Assembly (NCBI GenBank): GCA_951406725.2
Contig: OX597830.1
Location: 5,208,001-5,272,000 of the forward strand
DNA length: 64,000 nt
Origin: Octopus vulgaris
Lineage: Eukaryota
Direction of reading: 5' to 3'
Positions 39,740 through 53,482 of the stretch are shown one piece after another. The stretch's first letter is position 1; every line of letters starts with the position of its first letter. The position numbers and the translations under genes are program-made. Below the pieces are notes generated by a model, which saw nothing but the letters and a program-made list of their open reading frames with translations, had not been told where the DNA came from and did no database searches.

Positions 39740-42700
39740 GCATAAAACACATATGTACCATAATGTTATCCTTAATTTCATTCGGGTTCGATCTCCAAGG
39801 GGTTGGTGTAAACTTTAAACCTCTTGCTAGAATGTGAGTTTGTGTAATACTTAGGATTTTCTTTGATAAGTTGATTATTTTCGGTTGTTCTTGTGTATTT
39901 TGTTCCATTTCACATCTCTGTTTTTTCTGATTTAAGTCTAAAAAATGGTTGTTGCAGGTGGATTGTTGTGGGAAGTCTGTATTGTGTTTGGTTTGGTTTG
40001 GTGAGGAGAAAACAGGTGTAAAGTGTGTCTGTGGTAGTGTGATTGTGGTGGGGTGACCGTGTAGTGGACTAGATTATGGTTGTGCCGAGGGTTGTCTATG
40101 GTTGATGTGGTTTCGGTTAAATCTATTTTCAATATTGTAATGTGGGTGGAGGGAGAAGTTACGTTGTCTAATTAGGTTGTGTTTAGTTGAATGATTGAAG
40201 TAACCATGTTGAGGGTTAAGTCTTGGAGGTAAATTCTTCCATTGATTGTGAGATGATGGGAATAGATTGGTAGGTAGTGGTTCCCAAATGTTTAGGTTAG
40301 TCTGGAGGTTTCGATGGAACCTTTTATTTGTATGTTGGATGCCTTGAGGATTACGTCTGGATTTTCTATTTGTTGTTTGAAAGTTATTTTGGGATGTAAG
40401 AGAGGTCAGGTCGGTGGAGTTGTGTTCCCTAGACTGTCTGTGGTTTGTGTTTGATAAGTGTGGGGTCATTTCTGTGTTATGTTTTTGGTTTATTTTTCTT
40501 CAGGAAGAGGTTAGCCGATGTGTTTTCTATGGTGAACTGTGTTTCGTAGTTAATAAAGAAATTGGCTTGTCTTTCCCAGCATTGTAGGGAGTTGGTCTCT
40601 TCAGCTTCACAAGTTTTTTCCACAGTTTCTAAACACTTTCCAAGCATTGACCATCTGGGAACGTTTCCTTAATTCTGTATATATTTCCTTGTCTCTGTTT
40701 TTTAATTGTTGTTCATTGCTTAATGCTCTAAGCTTGAGTTTGATTTCTGTCTTCAATTTTTCCTATGCTAGTTTCTCCCTTAATTGTCTTCGTTGGTCCT
40801 GCTCGTTTGGTATGGGATTAATTTGAAATTCACGAGGTAAAATTATTGGTGTTGAATTTAACCAACATTCATAAATTACTGCCTTATAGTTGCTTTTAAT
40901 GATATTCCAGAAAGAAAATTTTCTGGCTTGAAGTTTCTCATTCCAGATATGGATAATCCGGTTTTTAATTGATTGTGAATACGTGGAGCGGGGTTCTATC
41001 CTGTGTATCATCTATAGACTTATTGAAGAATCAAAAGCATTTAATCGCGATCTTGCAATGGTGTTTGTAGACTTTTCTAAAGCGTTCGACTCTGTAGATA
41101 GGTACAAGATGTTTGAAATCCTTAAGCTCTATGGGATACCAGACAAAATCATTTCTGCCATCAAGGTCCTCTACACAGATACATCTTCAACCATCTTAAC
41201 CCCTGACGGAGGAACATCATCTTTCTCAATCAAAGCCGGAATACTGCAGGGAGACACACTCGCCCCATTTCTTTTCATCATTGTCGTTGACTATGTGCTA
41301 CGTATGTCAGTTGATACCATTTCTAGCAAGGGCTTTGAAATAAAACCAAGAAGAAGTTCCAGACACCCAGCTGAATACTTGACAGACACTGACTTTGCTG
41401 ACGACATCGCTCTTATCAGTGATTCTCTCTCCAATGCCCAGTCTCTTTTACAATCTCTCGAACAAGCCTCAAATTGTGTATGTCTTTACCTCAACGAGGC
41501 CAAGACTGAATATATAAACAAGTGCCTGTCCAACAGTGATTGCATCATCCATACTCTCAACAACGCGCCCTTAAATATGGTTTCTGATTACAAATATCTT
41601 GGGTCATACATATCATCATCTGGAAAAGATTTTCTAACTAGAAAGGGTATGGCCTGGTCAGCCTGTAATGACATGCATAAGATCTGGTCATCAAATCTAA
41701 GTAGAGACTTCAAACTTGAAATCTTCAAAGCCACAGTCGAACCAATTCTACTATATGGCTCAGAAACCTGGACGTTATCAAAGAAGCTTGAGAGGCGGTT
41801 GGATGGAACCTACACTCTCCTACCCTGATGTAATCTCCAGGGATACAGGCATCCAGCAACAGGACCTCCGTAATGCTATGATGGACCATGAAGTCTGGCG
41901 TAGCACGGTAAATTCCATTGTCTCGACCCTGGTCGAACAATGATGATGATGATCATCTATAGGGGGATTTTCATTTATACAATTATTGTGAGGTAAAGAT
42001 TGAAGGGTGGTGCATAATTTGGTCAAATGTTGATTAAGTTGTTCCAGAGATTGCCTTTTCTCTTCTTTTTCCTTTTCCTCTTGTATAAATCGAGTTGGTT
42101 CATCAATCTTGTTAATTAAGAGTCTCAACTTCGAATTAATCTCTTTTAGCTCTTTTAGAGTATCTTCGTTGAGAGTTTTAACTGAAGAGTTTGGTATCTG
42201 TGGCATTTTTGGTCTCAGGTGTAGTAAAATACAAGAGGAATATGTTTCAAAGAGAAAATAGAAACTACACATGGAAAAGATATGGGGAAAATAAGAAGAA
42301 AAACAGAAGAAAAAAACGCAAAAATGCACATTGAATATAAAAAAAAATAAAGGCTTTTTTAATGAAAAGTAGCAGTAAATAAATACAATTAGATGAACTG
42401 AGGTAGAATTAAGAGGAATTAAATTTAATATTTTGAATTGTTAAAGAGATTCAAAGTCAAACCAGTGTCATAATTGCTGTTCACTGGCTTTGAATGCTTA
42501 CCGATCATCAAATGGTGTTGGCATGACTTAGACATGCTTAACCACCTTCCAAAGAGAATAAATGAAGGAACCCTGTTAGTATCATTCAATGTGGGGAACC
42601 TGTACACCAATATCCCACGCGATGATGGCATAGAAACAATACCCAGAAGAGACCCCAGGATGCATCAACCACAGATTCATAATTGCAGCACTGAAATTCA

Positions 42701-42850
42701 TCCTACTAAACAACTGTTTCATGTTCAATACAGTCTACTATCTGCAAAAATGATATTCAATATGCATTTTTGCTTGTTTTCTTCTTACTTTCCCTATATC
42801 TTATCCTCCACTTGTAGTTTCTATTTTCTGTTTGAAACATATTGCTTTTA
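39740..42850 (-). mobile_element. Rearranged Penelope-like element
   Basis: Minus strand IINLSKKILS...LARGLKFTPTP (about 39795-39880); plus-strand RT piece LLVSFNVGNLYTNIP..GIETI (42500-42745); inverted repeats 42225-42338 / 42753-42850. Confidence 0.75.
41018..41951 (+). mobile_element. 5'-truncated RTE LINE (RT fragment) with 11-bp TSD
   Basis: FVDFSKAFDSV, GILQGDTLAPFLF, FADD and YGSETW motifs; (TGA)n tail; ATCATCTATAG at 41007-41017 and 41952-41962. Confidence 0.93.
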
Positions 42851-42873
42851 TATATATATATATATACATATAT

Positions 42874-42913
<40 letters not shown>

Positions 42914-42960
42914 CACTTTGAAGGAATTTTTTTCCTTTATTACCTTATGTTGTATATATA

Positions 42961-43380
42961 TTGTTGCGGCAAGTGAAATCGAAATCGAAATCGGAATCGC
43001 AATCGAAATTGAACCAATCCTATGACTGGCACCCGGCAGATGCCAGGACCCCTGGACTGGAGATACGTAAAAAGCACTATCCGAATCGTGGCCGAAGCCA
43101 GTGTCGCCTCGACTGGCTTCCGTGCAGGTGGCACGTAAATTGCACCAATCCGACCGTGGCCGATGCCAGCCTCGCCTGGCACCAGTGCAGGTGGCACGTA
43201 AAAAGCACCAACTACACTCACGGAGAGGTTGGCGTTAGGAAGGGCATCCAGCTGTAGAAACATTGCCAGATAAGACCGGAGCCTGGTGCAGCCTTCTGGC
43301 TTCCCAGATCCCCGCTTGAACCGTCCAACCCATACTAGCATGGAGAACAGACATTAAACGATGATGATGATGATGATGAT
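42961..43380 (+). mobile_element. RTE LINE 3' tail
   Basis: Same UTR as 13907-14350, with a (GAT)n tail. Confidence 0.9.
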
Positions 43381-43535
43381 ATATATATATATACAACATG
43401 ATGTAATAAAGGAAAAAAATTCCTTCAAAGTGGTGTGTAAAACATCCAATTGACTGGTACATTGGTTGAATGCCACATAAATATGGATTGTCATTTGTAT
43501 CTCTCCATTTAATTTCTTGTTTATATATAATATAT

Positions 43536-43585
<50 letters not shown>

Positions 43586-43857
43586 CATAGGATTTATCTT
43601 AGCCATGGGTGATGGAGTAATCTACTGCTGTATTTTAATTCAAAGTCAAACTAGCTTGCTAGTATATTGACCTCACTCACTGTAGGGTGGTTATCTTCCC
43701 TGTCCGTAGATAGACAATGTGCTTTCTGTGGTTAGAAGGGTCTTTGACTCTTGTTTCTAGCAATGTAGGTGCTACCCTGCATTTCCACTCACTATTAGCA
43801 ACAACTGAATTTTTCCTTTATGGTTCTATATTGTGCCTAGCCATCATTGTTATGTTA

Positions 43858-43893
<36 letters not shown>

Positions 43894-44174
43894 TGTATGT
43901 ATGTATGTATGTATGTATGTATGTATGTATGTATTGCTTTAAAAAAAGCAATAAGTACTGGGTTCGATTCTTTCAACTTCTTCAAGGTGGTGCTCCATCA
44001 TGGCCACAGTCTAATGGATGAAACAAGTAGTAGCAATAATCCCTTATTCAATGTCATCTGTTTAAAAAACAATGAATAAATGGTCTTTTTCTGGAAACCC
44101 TGGGTAGCTGGCTGAGCAACACAAGTTGCTAAGTGGGTGCAAATCAAGGTCCAAAGTTTTTTTCTGAAAATGTG

Positions 44175-44300
44175 GATTGGGCACCAGTATCGCTGTTATG
44201 ATGACGTCTTATCTGCTGTTGATGACTATTTTGATCAACAGGATGGATTCTTCACCAATGTGATCCAGGCACTGCAACTACTTATGGAAGTGTGTGCTTC
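44175..44300 (+). pseudogene. Mariner transposase C-terminal relic
   Basis: GHQYRCYDDVLSAVDDYFDQQD.FFTNVIQALQ..WKC. Confidence 0.65.
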
Positions 44301-44457
44301 ATTTCGGAAATAGATCAAGTGAAGCAAACATAAGCAGTGAAAATACCAATTTGCAAGTATTTCAAAATGTGGGACACTACATGATGGTAACTAAGAAAGA
44401 AAATATTTTTACTTGTTGCAGACTGTGGCCATGCTGGGGCACTGCTTTGAGGAATTT

Positions 44458-45702
44458 TTAGTCAACTTTGAGATGATAAAAACATACAATCAATGAAGAG
44501 CCAAAAGAAACAGTAAGATGATACCTGTTGGTTTTATTAGACATTTCTGTTTATTTAGAAACCTACAATGAAGATGTCATTTCACAGACACTAAACTATA
44601 AATTTCACACCTTGAAGTTGACACTGCTCCACTAAATGCAGAAAATGTCTGTCTCGCTATTGGCAATAAATACACAGTTTTTTTCGACCCCAGAATTTTT
44701 TTAAATGATTTTCAACCAGCACATGAAGCTAAGGTCTCTCCACATGCTAGAAATAAAGGCCAAATCTCTTGAAAATTTTTATAACCCCCACCGTAATATT
44801 TTTTGGTTATTCATTGATTTTTCTTTTTTTGACTTTCCAAAAATCTTTTTACTTGTTTCAGTCATTGGACTGTGGCCATGCTGGGGCATCACCTTGAGGA
44901 ACTTTTAGTCGAATGTACCGACCCCAGAATGTTTTTTAGATGATTTTCAACCAGCATATGAAGTTAAGCCAAAGAAGGTCTCTCCACATGCTAAAAATAA
45001 CAGCCAAATGTTAAAATTTGTTTTTACTATAATTTCAGGTAAAAACAGAAATCGCGGCTGTAAAAAAGAAAATTTTATTTTCCAAAATTGCAATTTATAA
45101 GTAAACAAAATATAAGATCTAGTATTTTCATTTCACAAAATATACCTTTTTTAAAAGACAGTAAAAATCTGAAAATCGGCAAAAATAATAAAGTTTTCCA
45201 TTTTAATTGCTATGAAGGTATGAATTTGTGGAGAAAAAAATTGGATGTAAAAGTTGCAGAGGTTTAACCCTTTTGATACCAACCCGGCAGAAACTGCCTC
45301 TGGCTCCGTAGTAAAAATTTCTTGTTTTCATAAGTTCTGACTTAAAACCCTCCACTAAACCTTAGTCACAATTTATGATCCTAACACCAGCTTAATAATA
45401 ACTAAGTTATTTTACTAAATTCTTTGTTTATTTAAAATTAATTGAAAGGAGCACAGAGCATCTCAAAATAAATACGGTAACGAAAGAGTTAAAAATTGAA
45501 AAAAACTGCGTATTTATTGCCAATAGCGAGACAGACATTTTCTGCATTTAGTGGAGCAGTGTCAACTTCAAGGTGTGAAATGACATCTTCATTGTAGGTT
45601 TCTAAATAAACAGAAATGTCTAATAAAACCAACAGGTATCATCTTACTGTTTCTGTTGGCTCTTCATTGATTGTATGTTTTTATCATCTCAAAGTTGACT
45701 AA
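44458..45702. repeat. Near-perfect inverted duplication (44458-44685 / 45498-45702)
   Basis: 2 substitutions and one 23-nt indel by eye. Confidence 0.95.
45268..45488. mobile_element. piggyBac-like MITE
   Basis: TTAA TSD on both sides; termini cccttttgatacc / ggtaacgaaagag. Confidence 0.8.
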
Positions 45703-46287
45703 CGTTTTCATGCTTGGATTTGTAAACTTTAAGAATAACACTGGTCAACAACGAATTTGTCTCAAGAAAGTGAATACCTGTGTCTTATATGTTTTTGCCT
45801 GCAGAATTCAAAAATAATGTCAAATTACCTGTACTAAGTTCGCATATTCCATTCACCTTCATAATGCCAAGAAACTGTATAAACATCGCAAACAACTTTT
45901 GCTATAAATGAAAAATATGTAAAATATTAAGACAATTGATGAAAAATATCTATAATAAAATTCTAATTGATAAATATAAAATTTTTTTAAAACAAAACAT
46001 GCAGGTGAAGTAAATCTCGTGGTGTGTAGGTAGAACACAACACAATGTGCGGTTGTCATGGTTACAAGCTGTTGATTGGCTAAAATTACCCAAATTTCCC
46101 AACTTTAATTCCAAATGACATCAGATTCTTTAATATACAAGATAAAGTAATTTTGGTTGATAGTAATCAAAATTGAGAGTTGCATTGATACACCAAAATT
46201 GAAAGCAATCTGAGCGAAATTAAAGACGGGCTCATTTTGCAAATGAAAAAGATTTGATCCATATATTCAATCAAAAATAAATAAGTA

Positions 46288-46452
46288 GGCATAGGAGTGG
46301 CTGTGTGGTAAGTAGCTTGCTTACCAACCACATGGTTCCGGGTTCAGTCCCACTGCGTGGCATCATGGGCAAGTATCTTCTACTATAGCCTCGGGCCGAC
46401 CAAAGCCCTGTGAGTGGATTTGGTATTCGGAAACTGAAAGAAGCCCACCGTA

Positions 46453-46539
<87 letters not shown>

Positions 46540-46775
46540 ATGTTTGTGTGTCTGTGTTTGTTCCCCCAACATCGCTTGACAACCGATGCTGGTGTGTTTA
46601 CGTCTCTGTAACTTGGCGGTTCGGCAAAAGAGACCGATAGAATAAGTACTAGGCTTACAAAGAATAAGTCCTGGGGGCAATTTGCTTGACTAAAGGCGGT
46701 GCTCCAGCATGGCCACAGTCAAATGACTGAAACAAGTAAAAGAGTTAAAGAGTAGAGAGTAAAGAGTAAAGAGTA
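46288..46775 (+). mobile_element. Full-length SINE family A
   Basis: tRNA-like head with A/B-box-like motifs, CORE-like ttgggcaagt segment, central (TA)/(TG) tract and (agtaaag)n tail. Confidence 0.92.
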
Positions 46776-46812
46776 AACATGAAAATGATAAGAAGTACAT
46801 TTGGATGACTAG

Positions 46813-46867
<55 letters not shown>

Positions 46868-47054
46868 AGTACATGCACAGTCATATATCAGACTGACACA
46901 ATGAGAGAATCTTTCTTGAGGTCCCAAAATAGACAATTCATTATGATTATACAGTAGCTAAAATAGCTGCAAAGAGTAGCCAAATATGCCGCTTTCCCTC
47001 TTCTGTCTCTCGCAAATCGATAAGTAGACCGGATTGGTCAATCCTTGATACATA

Positions 47055-47952
47055 CATCAGCATCATCATTTAACGTCCACTTTCCATGCTAGCATGGGTT
47101 GGACGATTTCGACTGAGGGCTGGCGAACCAGATGGCTGCACCAGGCTTTAATCTTGATCTGGCAGAGTTTCTACAGCTGGATGCCCTTCCTAACGCCGAC
47201 CACTCTGAGAGAGTAGTGGGTGTTTTTTACATGCCACCAGCATGGGGGCCAGTCAGGCAGTACTAGCAATGACCTCGCTTGAATCTTTTTTACACATGCC
47301 ACTGGCACAGGTGTCAGTAAGGCAACGTTGGTAATGATCACGCTTGAATGGCGCCCTTTTACGTACCACCGGCTCGGAAGCCAGTTGGCTGCTCTGGCAA
47401 CAATCACGCTCGGATGGTGCTCTTGGCACCCTACTAGCACGGGCACAGGTCCCAGTAAGGCGATGCTGGTAACGATCATACATAAATATAAATATATAAT
47501 ATATATACATATATGTATAAAGATATATGTTTGTGTGCATATATATATATCGGTAAAGGAGTGGTTGTGTGGTAAGAAGCTGGATTCCCAGCCACATGGT
47601 TCTGAGTTCAGTTCCATTGCATTGCACCTTGGGCAAGTCTCTTCTACTATAGCCATAGCCATGGGTCGACCAAAACCTTGTGAGTGGATTTAGTAGACAG
47701 AAACTGAAAGAAGTCCGTTGTTTGTGTGTGTGTGTGTGTGTGTATCTCTGTGTGTGTATTTGTATCCTCATCAACACTTGAAAACCAGTGTTGATGTGTT
47801 TACGTCCCTGTAACTTAGTGGTTTGGCAAAATAGACCAACAGAACAAGTACTAGGTTTCTTAAATAAGTACTGGGATCTGTCATTTGACTAAAAATTCAA
47901 GGCAGTGCCCTAGCATGGCCACAGTCTAATGACGGAAACGGGTAAAATATAT

Positions 47953-47985
<33 letters not shown>

Positions 47986-48404
47986 CATCATCCTCATCAT
48001 CGTTTAACGTCCACTTTTCATGCTAGCATGGGTCGGACGATTTGACTGAGGACTAGCGAACCAGATGGCTGCACCAGGCTCCAATCTTGATCTGGCAGAG
48101 TTTCTACTGCTGGATGCCATTCCTAACGCCAACTACTCCGAGAGTGTAGTGGGTACTTTTTACATACCACCAGCTTGAGGTCTAGTCAAGCGGTACTGGC
48201 AAATGGCCACGAAAAAAATTTTTTTTTTACGTGTCACCTGCACACTGGCACAAGTACGAGTAAGGCGATGGCTGGTAATGATCACGCTCGAATGGTGCTT
48301 ATTACGTGCCACCGGCACGAATGCCAGTTAGCTGATCTGGCAACGATCACGCTCGGATGGTGCTCATATATATATATATATATATATATAAATATAATTC
48401 CCTA

Positions 48405-48480
<76 letters not shown>

Positions 48481-48684
48481 ATATATAGATATAGATACAC
48501 ACACACATATATGTATATTTATATATGCGCAGGAGTGGCTGTGTGGTAAGTAGCTTGCTTACCAACCACATGGTTCCGGGTTCAGTCCCACTGCATGGCA
48601 CCTTGGGCAAGTGTCTTCTGCTATAGCCCTGGGCCGACCAATGCCTTGTGAGTGGATTTGGTAGACGGAAACTGAAAGAAGCCT

Positions 48685-48720
<36 letters not shown>

Positions 48721-48940
48721 ATATGTTTGTGTGTCTGTGTATGTCCCCCTAGCATTGCTTAACAACCGATGCTGGTGTGTTTACGTCCCCGTCACTTAGC
48801 GGTTCGGCAAAAGAGACCGATAGAATAAGTACTGGGCTTACAAAGAATAAGTCCCGGTGTCGATTTGCTCGACTAAAGGCGGTGCTCCAGCATGGCCGCA
48901 GTCAAATGACTGAAACAAGTAAAAGAGTAAAAGAGAGAGA
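47055..48940. mobile_element. Alternating cluster: RTE tail (-) 47055-47478, SINE A (+) 47555-47950, RTE tail (-) 47985-48365, SINE A (+) 48528-48940
   Basis: Matches to other copies in the window. Confidence 0.9.
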
Positions 48941-48976
48941 GTATGCATATATGTAGATATATACACACATATATAT

Positions 48977-49015
<39 letters not shown>

Positions 49016-49393
49016 TTACATTTAAAATCAGTTTGTGCATGCTTGGAGAATTTATTACTTTAAGATTGCAATTTCAAAACATTTCTCAGATCATTTCACA
49101 TCGTACTAACCCTTGATGGGCGCCTGATAACTTCCAGTGTGACGTCGATGCTAGTTTGCCAAGTGACCAATTTATGGCATTCATGTCCTTCATTAGTTCC
49201 CAAAATACTTCATATGGTTAGTGCTTGCTGCTATTTATGGTTTGCTTCGTTAGTGAGCATGCAAAGTAGCTAACAGAAGGTTATGTGTGTGTATATATAT
49301 ATGCATAAGAATGTGTATATGTATAAATATGTACATTTCTCTCTCTCTCTCCCTAAGTATATATATATATATATACATACATATATATATATA

Positions 49394-49588
<195 letters not shown>

Positions 49589-49665
49589 TAATATCCACAT
49601 ACACACACACACAAACACACATGTCCATAAATATACATCTTGGGCTCGGTCTTTCTATGCCTGTA

Positions 49666-49805
49666 TATTATTCTTTAACAAGAACAGTATTGACAGTAAT
49701 TCTGAAGTTCCAGCCAGGCGAGGCCATCATCGGACTGTCAGATGATGGCTCACATGCCGGACACTTCAAAGTCACTGTCAATTTTGTTCTTGTTAGAGAG
49801 TAATA
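49666..49805. mobile_element. Diverged foldback element
   Basis: Arms taacaagaacagtattgacagt..gccatcatc / gatgatggc..actgtcaattttgttcttgtta. Confidence 0.75.
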
Positions 49806-49947
49806 AATGTTTTCTCTTCAAAATCATGGGGTAATCCTTCAGATCAATTCGAAATCATTTTTTATTATAGCTGAACAGGAAAACAGATGCGCGCACACAT
49901 ACACACACGTATATATGTATATGTGTGCATATATATATATGTGTATA

Positions 49948-49998
<51 letters not shown>

Positions 49999-50037
49999 GC
50001 AAATATATATATACATACATATGTATATATATATATG

Positions 50038-50343
50038 GAGGCGCAATGGCCCAGTGGTTAGGGCAGCGGACTCGCGGTCGTAGGATCGCGGTTTCGATTC
50101 CCAGACCGGGCGTTGTGAGTGTTTATTGAGCAAACACACCTAAACGCTCCACGAGGCTCTGGCAGGGTGTGGCGCTGATCCATGCTGTACCCTTTTGCCA
50201 CAACTTTCTCTCACTCTTTCCTCTGTTGACCTACTTGCTTAGCCAGTAGGGTGGCGTCATTTGAAGGCCAAAACAATGTGAAGCGCATTGTGACCAGCGA
50301 TGTGTAGCAGCATCTAATGGCCTAGTCGGTCATGGTGATCACG

Positions 50344-50350
<7 letters not shown>
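50038..50350 (+). mobile_element. tRNA-derived SINE family C (tail fragment also at 39535-39650)
   Basis: Head with A box tggcccagtgg and B box gtttcgattcc, continuing into a non-tRNA body. Confidence 0.85.
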
Positions 50351-50413
<63 letters not shown>

Positions 50414-50475
50414 TGCATAAATGTATATTTATATTGATATATATGTATATATATGTGTGTGTGTATATATATATA

Positions 50476-50778
50476 GTCATAAAGTGAGACAGATGAGTGA
50501 CAACCTGGCCACCGGTAGTGGTGTTACATACCATACTAATCATATCCGTCAGGCATGTGGAAGAGAGTGTAATTCGGCAGGAGGACTTAAACGACATGCA
50601 AAGGTACATGAAGCCCAGTTACAACTACAGCCGGCTATTACCGGTAAAGGTTTTAGCTGCCAATTCTGTACAAGACATTGTAGATCTTTAGCTGGGCTAA
50701 AAAATCACATTCGATCACAGCACCAGTAACAGTTAAGCTTCGTGCAATGGACATACTCGATAACGAGGGGGCAGCCAT

Positions 50779-50780
<2 letters not shown>
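50476..50780 (+). mobile_element. LINE 3' end (RTE/BovB-like) encoding two C2H2 fingers
   Basis: [19 protein letters not shown] and CQFCTRHCRSLAGLKNHIRSQH*; short UTR; flanked by (TA)n; no splice signals. Confidence 0.65.
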
Positions 50781-50838
<58 letters not shown>

Positions 50839-51255
50839 TACACGTATATATACATATATATGGTTGGTGTTAGGAAGAGCATCCAGCTGTAGAAACACTG
50901 CCAGATCAGACCGGAGCCTGGCGCAGACTCCTGGCTTCCCAGATCCCCAGTCTAACTATCCAACCCATGCTAGCATGGAAAACGGACGTTAAACGATGAT
51001 GATGATGATGATGATGATGTAAGTAACGATATCCTTTTAGTTCGTTTACGGGAAAAGTTTTTGAGCAGGCATACAAAGCTCCTGCTTAATTATGTCATCT
51101 CCAGCCTAGTGACACCAACTGCCATCTGCCTGAGGAAATCAACATATGAACTATGATCCACCCAAAGTCCATGGATATTACGGACTGTGATTTGTGGAAA
51201 CCCATGTAGGAATACAATAAAATATTTACAAATTCCATCCATTGGTTATTATTAT

Positions 51256-51327
51256 TACTTAATAGCATAGTGGTAAGAATCCCCGCTTGTCATGGGGGAG
51301 ACCCGGGTTCGATTCCCTGCCAGGATG
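51256..51327 (+). pseudogene. tRNA-Asp(GTC) pseudogene
   Basis: tagcatagtggtaagaatccccgcttGTCatgggggagacccgggttcgattccc resembles eukaryotic tRNA-Asp; the acceptor stem does not pair. Confidence 0.8.
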
Positions 51328-52048
51328 GTAAAATGTGTTTATAGGTGCAGAAGTGGCTGTGTGATAAGTAGCTTGCTTACCAACCACATGGGTGAAAATT
51401 TATTTGACTATCAGACAATATTCACCAGCGACAGCAGAAAGGGGAAAAAATGATTCAATTGATAAATCTGACAATTGCCCAGGATGGTATGGATCACCTA
51501 CTAGCTTCTCTGTGACCCTGGAGTGTATAAGCATGGGAAAAGAGATGCAAAATTGAAAAGGAAGGGGAAAGGGGACATTTTCAAAGGGCTGGATGTTCTC
51601 TAAAGTGTTAAATCAGAAACAAAGAATTTTGAGTTTAATTGAAAAGTGGTCAAGAAAATTATAACCTATGTTAGTTTTGAATGAATATGGCTTTGGTGAG
51701 TTGAAGATATATAAAAAAAAAAGAAAGAATATAGAGAAAATATAAAGAAACTATGAATAAATAAATAAACAAATAAATATATAAATAAATAGGATGTATA
51801 GATTGAAAATTAAAACTTAGCTAATGATACATAAATAACAGCCGTATGAAGGAGACTGAGGGGGAAAAAGTCTAAAATCAGCAAAAAAAAAATAAAATAG
51901 AGATTAGTTATGCAGTACATAACTAAATCTGGGTGGGGTGTGCCCTGAAGAATTAAAGCAGAAACTAAGAATTTAGAGTTTAATTGAAAAGTAGTCAAGA
52001 AAATTATAAACCATGTTAATTTGAACAAATATGCCTATATATTCATAC

Positions 52049-52133
<85 letters not shown>

Positions 52134-52137
52134 ATAC

Positions 52138-52170
<33 letters not shown>

Positions 52171-53104
52171 CATACACATACACATGCACACATACACACA
52201 TATATATAAACATACATATATAAATTAAATATTGAATATATATATATATTTATACATACATACATTACCAGAAGTTATTTGGGAATTACTGTCCTCATTC
52301 ACTCTGTGAGATCCAGTATAGGTTTCAATCCAATCAATAAAGCCAAATGATTTTGACCCCAGATGTAGAGTCTCCCTAATTATGGTTCTTAATTTCTAGT
52401 AGTGACAACATTGGTGAATTGATTCAGAAGGAACAAGTTACATATTTCCATCTATAATATTTTTGCTGCATCATCCAATTGTATTTTGTCATGACATACA
52501 GTGCTATTGTTAACTCAAGGTGTAGCCCCTATTGGCTGTAAGCTAAAAGTGTGTGGGGTGGTCATGCAAAGCCAACTGTTTTTTCTTGATAGCAGAGCAG
52601 AGAGATTATATTTTCACTGCAGAATTTGCTTGTCACAGTGAGACTCAAAATGTTCTGTGTTCAGATCCTGCACAGACCAACTAAGCTTCTCCTCATTGCA
52701 GGATAAGTGGGTAGGTGGGATCTAATAATAAAATAAAGTACCAATTGAGTACTGGGGTTGATGGTTCCAGCTAACCAGGTCTACCAAATTTCTGGCCTTG
52801 TGCCGTTACTAGAAATCAATCATTGGAAAATATATGGAATTCATCGATGGTCAGTAGAGGAACAATGTTTAAACGTTGAGTAGACATTCCTAGGAGTTTG
52901 TTTCTTTACTTTCAGTCAAGTTTGGACATTTTTCAGCTCACAGATACTGACCATTGGAGATTTTGTCATTTGGATTTATTTGTTACATGCATTAGAACTT
53001 TGAGAAAGGAATTTTGTTATGCTGAAATACCAGAATACATTAAAAGAATAAAAGAAAACTGATGTTTAGATTTATTTCTAAAATTTAATTCATTACTATA
53101 AATA

Positions 53105-53417
53105 ATGACATGTTTACAAAGTCAGAAAACAGCACAGCTCCCATGACTTTCGGAAACATTTTTTCACGCTAAGAGTTGCTGAAGCATGGAACAGACTGTC
53201 GGCATCAGTTGTTAGTTGTTGGAGCACTGCACCCTTCAAAACTTCCATGCTTCCTGAGATTCGTCAACATTACACCTGATTTTCTCCCCTCCATACACAC
53301 ACAAGCATGGATCTGACTCATACACTCTTCACTTTCCAGGCATTTGTACATTACTGCATATGCTTTATATGCACTTTTGACAAGTTGTGGTACACCTGAG
53401 CACTGTATACAATAATT

Positions 53418-53482
<65 letters not shown>
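53105..53482 (+). mobile_element. CR1-like LINE 3' end with (TTA)n tail
   Basis: FRKHFFTLRVAEAWNRLSASVV....FK matches the CR1 ORF2 C-terminus. Confidence 0.85.

Noticed and set aside
49621-49803. Protein-like ORF ([14 protein letters not shown]...)
   Set aside because: The region is a palindromic foldback element.
50038-50112. Functional tRNA gene
   Set aside because: Continues into a SINE body whose tail recurs at 39535-39650; no proper acceptor stem.
50421-50729. Host C2H2 zinc-finger gene
   Set aside because: Lacks TGEKP linkers and splice sites; position and pattern fit a LINE ORF C-terminus.
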